A stretch of DNA of 64,000 nucleotides. It comes from Trueperaceae bacterium. GTDB taxonomy: Bacteria > Deinococcota > Deinococci > Deinococcales > Trueperaceae. The notes beneath the pieces are model-generated. The model worked only from the letters and a program-made list of their open reading frames with translations. It searched no databases and had not been told where the DNA came from. Both the position numbers and the translations under genes were made by a program. Positions 59,301 through 64,000 of this stretch are shown in pieces (position 1 is the stretch's first letter; the number at the start of each line of letters is the position of its first letter). Location: NCBI GenBank assembly GCA_965215565.1, contig CBDCDZ010000004.1:1632001-1696000 (forward strand), in the 5' to 3' direction.

Positions 59301-62300
59301 TGAGCCCCTCATCCGTGCGGCTGAACTGCGCCGTGCCCGACGCGGTGCCGGTGGGCGAACCCGGGACGAGACCCTGCACGTTAGCGAGGTCGAAGTCCTC
59401 AAGTTGCGTGCTCGCCTCCACGTCCGCGCCCGCTCCGCTCACTTGAAAGGGGACCCTGCCGTCACGAAGGCGCAGCGCGCCCTCACCGCCGTAGTTTTGG
59501 CGCTCGCCTGAGACCGTCGCCTGCACGCCGATGGGCGCGCCCCGGTACGTCCCGTCGCCCGTCACGTCCGCGTTCCACGACAGGTCTTGTGAAAAGGAGA
59601 GGTCGGCGTTAAGCTGCGCGTCCTCCGTAGGGAGAAAGGGCGCGGCGTCCACATTGAGCGAGGCTTGACCGCCTTGCCGACTCGCGCTCACCGGACCCTG
59701 CACGAGCGGTCCTCGCACATTGCCGTCAAGCTGCGGCGACGCGGTTTCCCCGGTAAGATTCGCTTGGAGCGTATGCGCTTCGCCGCGCAAGGTGAAGGGC
59801 AGATCAACGTTCCCCGCCCACGTTCCACCATTCAAATTGAGGTCGATATTCTCACCGTTAAGTTGCGCGGATAATCCACCTGAGAGCGACGCCTGTACCT
59901 GCGCGGTCTGCGCGTTCACGCTCGCCTGCGGCGTCTCTACCGCCTGCGTCTGTAAGGTGCCGTCAAACGAGGCACTGTTAAGCGAAGTGCCGCGCAGCGT
60001 GCCGCTAAGCTGCGCCCGCTCCGCCGCGCTCGCGTCCACCTCGAGATTGGGCGCAGGCAAGACCTGACCCGACACGGAAGCGTCTAGAGCACCTTGAGCG
60101 GTTTGCGCGTCTAGCCTCAGCGCGTCGCCTGCGCCGACGAGTTCTACAGCAGCGTCTACAGGCGCGTCCACTTGCGCGTTGAGCGCGCCGTTCCAGCCGC
60201 CCGCGTAGCCGAGCGAGCCGTTCAAGGTGGCGTTAATGTCGGGTTGCGTAAGGAAAGGCGAGAGGGTGAAGCCGTCCGCCTCGAGGTTGAAACCCCCCCT
60301 GGTTGAGAATGCGCTACGAAGTCCCTCCGCGCTTAGTGTTCCTTCGGATTGACCCCCTCGTCCCTGCGCGTTGAGTTCTAAAGACTGCTCGGCCGTTCCC
60401 CACACCGTCTCCACGTCGTAACTCGGCTCCAAGAGGTTCGCCTGCGCGTCCAGCCGCACGTCGCCATTGAGCGCAACCGCGTCCGACGCGAGCAAGAGGT
60501 CGGCGGGCACCGTGCCCGTCACCAAGAGGTCGCGAAAGGTGCCCGAAACGTCCAGTGTCGCGTCCTCGGCGAAGGCGAGCACGCCGTCTACGGTGCCGGT
60601 GAGGGCTTGTGCATTCTCTAAAGACACGTCAGCGTTCAGGTCAAAGGGCGCGACGCCGAACGCGGCGAGGTCCGCAGCGTCGACGGTGACTTGACTCGTG
60701 AGCGCGTCTTCGTTTCGCTCGAGCACCCCCCCTTGCAGGCTGAGGCTGCCCTGAACTCGCCCGCCCAAATCGAGGCTGTCGAGGGCGTATTCTAAACGCC
60801 CTGTCTGGTCAGCCAAGTCGAAGGAGCCGTTCGCGCTGAGCGGTCCGAACTGCGCGGAGAGGTCGCGTAGCGTTGTACCGTCCAGTACGGCGCGCGCCGC
60901 GCCCGAGAGGTCGCTCGCCAACTCAACGCCCGCCACACTCGGCGTGAGGGCGTTCTGCGTCCCTAAGCGGAGCGTCACAGGCAGTTCGCTCAGCGTGCCA
61001 TCCGCGCTCAGCGTAGCGTTCAAGGGCTCCGCTTGGACGGGCGTACCTTCCAAGCTCACCCCTTGCGCCCTCAGCTCGCCCGTGAGCTGTTCGCCGCGCA
61101 GCGCCACCTCACCGCTGAGTGCCGCGCCTAGATCGTCACCACCCGAGAGGTCAACAATCCAGCCACCGTCCGCTAGGGCTGCCGCGTCCGCGTTTAGAGA
61201 CAACGCGCGCCCGGCGGCGCTGCCCGACAGTGCTAGGCGCGCGTCCCCCGACAGCCCCTCCGACTGCTGCAAATCCGCCCGCAGGTCCGCCCTGAACTGC
61301 TCGGTTACGTTGACGCCTTCGGCTTGCGCCTGGATGCCTACGCCGCCCCCCTCTAGCGGGGTCACGCTCGCTGTAAAGGGTCCGCCCGCAAGCGCGCCGT
61401 TCGCCTGAACGCGCGTGCCCACCTCCGTCTCGAAGCCGAAGTCTACATCTAAATCCTCTAACGCCCGCCCGAACACCTCGCCCTGCCCCTGCGCCTGACC
61501 CGTGAGGTCGATCTGCTGCCAGCCCGAGAGCGAGAGGGACACATCCGCGTCGCCCGTGACTGCGCCTTCGGGCACGTCGCCGCGCGCCAGCCACGCCGCC
61601 GCTTCTGCAAGCTTCGCGTCGCCCGTCACCTCCGCCTGCCACCGCTGCGCGGAGATATCCACCACCGCGTCGCCCTGCACGTCGCCGCCGAGGGCGCGCC
61701 CGGTGAGGTCCGCTGTGACGGTCTGCCCGTCGAAATTTACAGGTCCTGAAAGTTCTGTGATCGTCGTGCCAGCGACTGTGACCGCGCCCTGCGCAAGCGC
61801 TAAGTCCGCCTTAGCTTCCCCGTCCGCGTACGTCACCGTGCCCGACGCCTGCCCGCCTTCCACGCCTTCGAACCAGTGCTTCGCCACCGCTAGATCGACG
61901 CGGGGCAACCGCGCGTCGATGTTCAAGGGCGAAAAGGCGACGTCCGCGTCTACTTGCGCCTCGCCTTGCGGCGTCGTCAGCGTCGTGGCGACGCCCAATC
62001 CGTCCTCGGTGTCGTTCACGCTGAGGTCCGCCACATTCAGGTCGGGGAGCGTGTAGGGCACGTCGTTCACGTTCAAGTTGACGCCGTTCACATCCGCGCT
62101 ACGCAGCACCGGGCGAATCGGCCGGTTCCCACTGCTCCCGTTCCCCTGCGGCACGCGGACCTCTTGCGGCTCAATGTCGCCCGAGACGTCCGCCACCGAG
62201 ACGGAGAAGGGGAGGCGTCCTGCGAGGAGTCCGAGCAGGTTGTACTCCAAGGAGAGCCGCTCTAAGCGCGCGTTCACGCCCGGCCCCGTCACCTCTGCGC

Positions 62301-62547
62301 CGCGCAAGGTCACACCGCGCCACAAGTTGCCCGCGCTCCGCGCGTACGAGAGGTCGTAGCCTAAGTCAGACACGACGTTCTGGGCTCTCGAGAGCGCCCA
62401 TCCCCTCACGGCGGGCAGTTGCGGCGCGAAGTAGAGCGCGAGCGCAAGCACGAGCAACAAGGCAGGGACGAGCACGCGCTTCTGAACGCGCGCACCTCTT
62501 AGGGCGCTTAGGGCTCCACTGGACTGTTCACGACTCGGTTGCGACAT
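53329..62547 (-). CDS. tamB: giant translocation/assembly module TamB-like (AsmA/DUF490) protein, about 3070 aa
   Basis: N-terminal TM anchor, long Gly-rich amphipathic beta repeats, and a DUF490-like C-terminus (LSGTAADPALSG, P.LD..A, LVSLL.LG). Start taken at MSQPS. Confidence 0.85.
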   Translation of the reverse strand: MSQPSREQSSGALSALRGARVQKRVLVPALLLVLALALYFAPQLPAVRGWALSRAQNVVSDLGYDLSYARSAGNLWRGVTLRGAEVTGPGVNARLERLSLEYNLLGLLAGRLPFSVSVADVSGDIEPQEVRVPQGNGSSGNRPIRPVLRSADVNGVNLNVNDVPYTLPDLNVADLSVNDTEDGLGVATTLTTPQGEAQVDADVAFSPLNIDARLPRVDLAVAKHWFEGVEGGQASGTVTYADGEAKADLALAQGAVTVAGTTITELSGPVNFDGQTVTADLTGRALGGDVQGDAVVDISAQRWQAEVTGDAKLAEAAAWLARGDVPEGAVTGDADVSLSLSGWQQIDLTGQAQGQGEVFGRALEDLDVDFGFETEVGTRVQANGALAGGPFTASVTPLEGGGVGIQAQAEGVNVTEQFRADLRADLQQSEGLSGDARLALSGSAAGRALSLNADAAALADGGWIVDLSGGDDLGAALSGEVALRGEQLTGELRAQGVSLEGTPVQAEPLNATLSADGTLSELPVTLRLGTQNALTPSVAGVELASDLSGAARAVLDGTTLRDLSAQFGPLSANGSFDLADQTGRLEYALDSLDLGGRVQGSLSLQGGVLERNEDALTSQVTVDAADLAAFGVAPFDLNADVSLENAQALTGTVDGVLAFAEDATLDVSGTFRDLLVTGTVPADLLLASDAVALNGDVRLDAQANLLEPSYDVETVWGTAEQSLELNAQGRGGQSEGTLSAEGLRSAFSTRGGFNLEADGFTLSPFLTQPDINATLNGSLGYAGGWNGALNAQVDAPVDAAVELVGAGDALRLDAQTAQGALDASVSGQVLPAPNLEVDASAAERAQLSGTLRGTSLNSASFDGTLQTQAVETPQASVNAQTAQVQASLSGGLSAQLNGENIDLNLNGGTWAGNVDLPFTLRGEAHTLQANLTGETASPQLDGNVRGPLVQGPVSASRQGGQASLNVDAAPFLPTEDAQLNADLSFSQDLSWNADVTGDGTYRGAPIGVQATVSGERQNYGGEGALRLRDGRVPFQVSGAGADVEASTQLEDFDLANVQGLVPGSPTGTASGTAQFSRTDEGLSYGADLNAAGTAQGRPLDVRVRAGDETGVDITGEVAGTRIALDNAASGEANTYDVSLDEGPLTLQAQVRAGERVRVTGDGTFQGEPLSVAGSLEPATLTGDLNATLGDATLSVDATAQQIQGELNAPNGVANVAQPLSADFRATRENGQFALTSLSAALPQRNLALSLAGPAWPNPDLTGSLQTGVLDEPVEIGFRREDGYLLLLEPGELTLLADLSPGFALESLRAEGALEVFGTNLVSDLAWRTGSGFSGEAQAVFAQGEANASVTLAGRGNLEVSGLMGYGGEEVATLQAALSRAPWRDGSVSGSVNVAAPVSDLSAAYPGEPLAFVGDLTLGGTLSQPNLAGPVTLEGALEAAGALRASREGASFILQNDALDVGAQATPQGWTLSLDADALLVQDLLPPLDAPRLTAQLQGAGTWGGAPDIRADTLLLESVRSRVAGELRYDGALYAPLDVSVDLAELGSARGELEGALLIGSADAPAGTPLSGTLAVRNVGLAESPWSLGGDLDLGGTLGAPTLETRLVGTGSAEGGLTARLEPGRYAALTSTLALGALNSDLRLRWRLGELAAEGQVAFADYALALDAADDTILLAGNEKLAGWRGALSTSEAQLTGDLASLSPQLGGALDLAAAWGSEVSVAGTFTGLQAGPLALGDLALSSEGEGDLERLTLQGDILTASVDLTDAVTWQARLELPLPSDSALAAEGGGTLSEGALDAVLSSTLAGDALQVPLAVRYGDDGLRVASQADLLSGTLDLDARYGVTDEVSGWSGRLELSDVTLRGAEADVQATLSGALAEPSLDGTLTLERDANALAGTFALSPGRLALEQRLVSPFLEEPLALTGTALPLKLSLSTSPQNQLTVTRAEGTLAASGALALGAGPASVRLTPSEVAGGWLDLALSAPQTPGLALSGTLPSGPPQVWAGELLRGFTLAGVQDTQGSVTLQAQPTPRAEVSELRWGTALGTLELAGTAVPGDVDLQGTWRGAEDATLEETTFLPWLAEVRALPFELDVADSRAEVSAAGDVGTLDASVDWAARTAALDADLALGTGAATSEADEDASTVQAAGELSAALRYTPETGPTGDIRLLEVPLADAPDLPALTLTTLLTADPRGLRGSGALGVGAGQATVQGQLGWAQFIPQGLRETYLPQANRARVARLRLDGVNVSELPLLQRRVPNLDAPLSGVVRLNGNQVVGQLVSPGLSVAQTTLPTQVELSGTVQNLEARASLGDSQLRVGYDGEGVSGFFDLEQFPLEILAEAATGASTVNASATGAARFDVPLNAPAQSYVQVATERLTLRREGSDQVTRGEVALRYDEGGLIIDRAEFRGGGFWRASGRVTRDVLDLSLQAEDADVTPLLSLAPRLAALGVGAQGSLSLAATGTLGEPQLELTSPNLQLRLAGSTYRLTGTRVTLNDEDLDIVAAAEGVAPIGGSLALRGGGRLSLAPYSLEDFALDFEGNAALPVVGPVRRIAGEVTAGSGDGWRLDSRASLGQPVTLTGSLAPLNLALRGENLNLNAQNFFVASSATDAAFDITRRGENFVISGDAVVESARLTTARNRSGSSDTSEGAGAASSDATPSGANTSQTGTGRTSEAGAPFVPDAEPGAASGDAPAPTPSPTSQLGAFGSSGQSGAGAPFGAGSSASTTAAPNPVLQRILFEDVDILAQSSVLFRAGFGTAELTFDLDLSGTAADPALSGVARTLQGTVRFSGKDFVIEEGTATFEPSQGVFPVLDLVAQATFDKDDALGNLRNTYTFVEPREGRTFGVQLSVDGSFEEVAGRSRPVLDLEPSLSSDAAIQEQGGNAPRPLDEPELVSLLTLGRLQLGTGLAGADSLAGTIAEGAIDTAVDFLVLSELQSALGDALGVGLFEIRTSAVSSLLAGSQEDPFGVSLRVGGYIGDDLFASLEVGRFDDPEGRYALSNEFSLRYDLAPLELLLAGEVNFLNDASAVTEFDFSLGYAVTPLISLEAGLGASGLNQSARARFGVSFTW

Positions 62548-62724
62548 AATTTGATAGTGACCGTTCGCGCTGCGGCGTGAACGGCTTAGACAGGATAACA
62601 CTACCGCTGATTGGGCGGGCGAAAGGGCGCTATCAATAGTGCGTTTTTTCTCTAACCCCAGCGGTTGATGAACATAAATACACGAATCTAACGCTGACCT
62701 CATGCTCTTCTCTGAAAGTTCTTA

Positions 62725-62980
62725 TAGCGGTTCCAAGACATACTGAGATAGATGAGCGCTTTCCGTAGGCTTTCGCCAAAGGCGGGAGACGGAAGTTTTG
62801 GCAACGCTAAAGGCGTCATCACCAAACGTGCGTGCTACGTTTCTGAAAGCTGCTCCGCGGAAGCGAGCAGTCTGAAAGCCCGCAGGGACGCAAGTTTGCT
62901 GCCTAGCAACGCCACTTCGAACAGTGAGAACGTTTCAAACCAGCTCCGAACGTTAGTGAGACAGACTTTGATACCTGCTA
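62725..62980 (-). mobile_element. family-1 MITE-like element, copy G (256 bp)
   Basis: 111-bp core plus inserts of 24, 70 and 51 nt. Confidence 0.82.
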
Positions 62981-63066
62981 TTAGACGCGAACACCTCTAC
63001 CTCAAGTCTTGCAAAAATTCAAAACCCCATGACAAATGCATGTCTTTCCCGGAGGCTCTTAACATA

Positions 63067-63200
63067 TAGCAGTTCCACGACATACTGAGACAAAGTGCCG
63101 CTTACGAAGTTTTGCCTCCGGCAAGGGTATCATCTCGAAAAGTGTGTGCTAGAGCGTGCTGTTCAAAGTGAGAGTGTCTCAAATCAGATGATACCTGCTA
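63067..63200 (-). mobile_element. family-1 MITE-like element, copy H (134 bp)
   Basis: 111-bp core plus a net 23 nt. Empty at the site filled in copies A-E. Confidence 0.87.
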
Positions 63201-63481
63201 ATACAAGCAATTAGCTTAGAAGCCCTTGCTCAAGGCTAAGAGCTAATGGCCAACAGCCTGGCATCTGATTTTTACGCAGATACCGAATTAAGTGCAGAGG
63301 GCTGAGCCCAAACTATTCACATTTGACCCAAAGCGCAGCACATGCTTTAGACTGTAGGGGGGTAGAGACTAAGTCACCTAAAGCATACTTAATTTTCACC
63401 GAACCACCATCAAAGACCCTCACTAGAGATCAGTATCAGAGATTGAGGAACGCTCATTCACGAGGGCGTGTTGGAGACGAG

Positions 63482-63757
63482 ATGGCAGACCACATCAGAA
63501 TGACCGTGCTCATCGCGGGCGACGTGCAAGGGGTGGGCTTTCGCGCTTTCACCCGCCGCCACGCGCTGGACTTGGACCTGAACGGCTACGCCGAGAACCT
63601 GGACGATGGGCGCGTCGAAATCGTCGCGGAAGGCGAGCAGAGCGACTTAGAGGCGCTGCTACATCAACTGCGGCGCGGTCCGGCTCACGCCGAGGTCGAA
63701 GGCGTTGACGTCACCTGGGGAGAGGGGGGCAACCTTGAAGGCTTTCACACTTATTGA
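63482..63757 (+). CDS. acyP: acylphosphatase
   Basis: GDVQGVGFR, GYAENL.DGRVE and GP..A.V motifs. SD GGAG. Confidence 0.95.
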   Translation: MADHIRMTVLIAGDVQGVGFRAFTRRHALDLDLNGYAENLDDGRVEIVAEGEQSDLEALLHQLRRGPAHAEVEGVDVTWGEGGNLEGFHTY

Positions 63758-64000
63758 CCTAGAGGTCTTACCGCTGACTTTGGAGCAGATCACGCAAGTC
63801 CCCGGCGTGTTAGGACAGATTGCTTTGGAGCGCGTGCTGGACTATAAAAACGTCGAGACCAAACCTCTTGACCTCTTAAATATTCCGCAGAGACCGAGTT
63901 TCTATGAGGCGCTCCGGGGCGAACAGCTCAGCGTCATCGCAGAGGTCAAACGCGCCTCTCCTTCGCTCGGCGTTATCGCTGACTTAAACCCAGTCGAGGC
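63735..64000 (+). CDS. trpC: indole-3-glycerol phosphate synthase, 3'-partial
   Basis: Manual translation gives VPGVLGQIALER...SVIAEVKRASPSLG. Start is TTG 63735 or TTG 63780. Confidence 0.88.
   Translation, partial: MKAFTLIDLEVLPLTLEQITQVPGVLGQIALERVLDYKNVETKPLDLLNIPQRPSFYEALRGEQLSVIAEVKRASPSLGVIADLNPVE

Noticed and set aside
17768..63200. CRISPR array interpretation of the repeats
   Set aside because: The copies are dispersed, not tandem, with no repeat-spacer periodicity and no cas genes.
63205..63410. Structured ncRNA upstream of acyP (ATTAGCT...AGCTAAT; ATGCTTTAG...CTAAAGCAT)
   Set aside because: Only loose inverted repeats, with no family match or second copy.

Overview
High-GC bacterial chromosomal window, most likely Deinococcota (Truepera-like). 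This is inferred from the L31, TrpC and PriA sequence types, the giant TamB, and many TANNNT boxes sitting 5-7 nt before start codons. Housekeeping genes (pgk, gap, priA, tyrA, rpmE, tamB, acyP, trpC) are interspersed with accessory genes: a STAND-TPR protein, secreted lipoprotein hydrolases, a DesKR-like two-component system with its ABC exporter, a five-GAF HD-GYP protein, otsAB, a form I aerobic CO dehydrogenase cluster (coxMSL with AYRCSFR, plus maturases), a VapBC-like toxin-antitoxin pair, betC and cpdB. The most striking signal is non-coding. Eight copies of a TA-flanked MITE-like element share a 111-bp core and carry discrete ~18-25-nt GNA/GNRA mini-hairpin cassettes. These cassettes occur as clean filled/empty alleles, show compensatory base changes, reuse one target (GCAGGT^ATCATC), nest inside each other, and appear once outside the MITE. 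They look like ultra-small mobile elements. A second 114-bp GTAG...CTAC repeat family, GTAG-type REP hairpins, and a frameshifted map gene bracketed by two MITEs are also present. No transposase, rRNA, tRNA or CRISPR array was recognised. All alignments and counts were done by eye.
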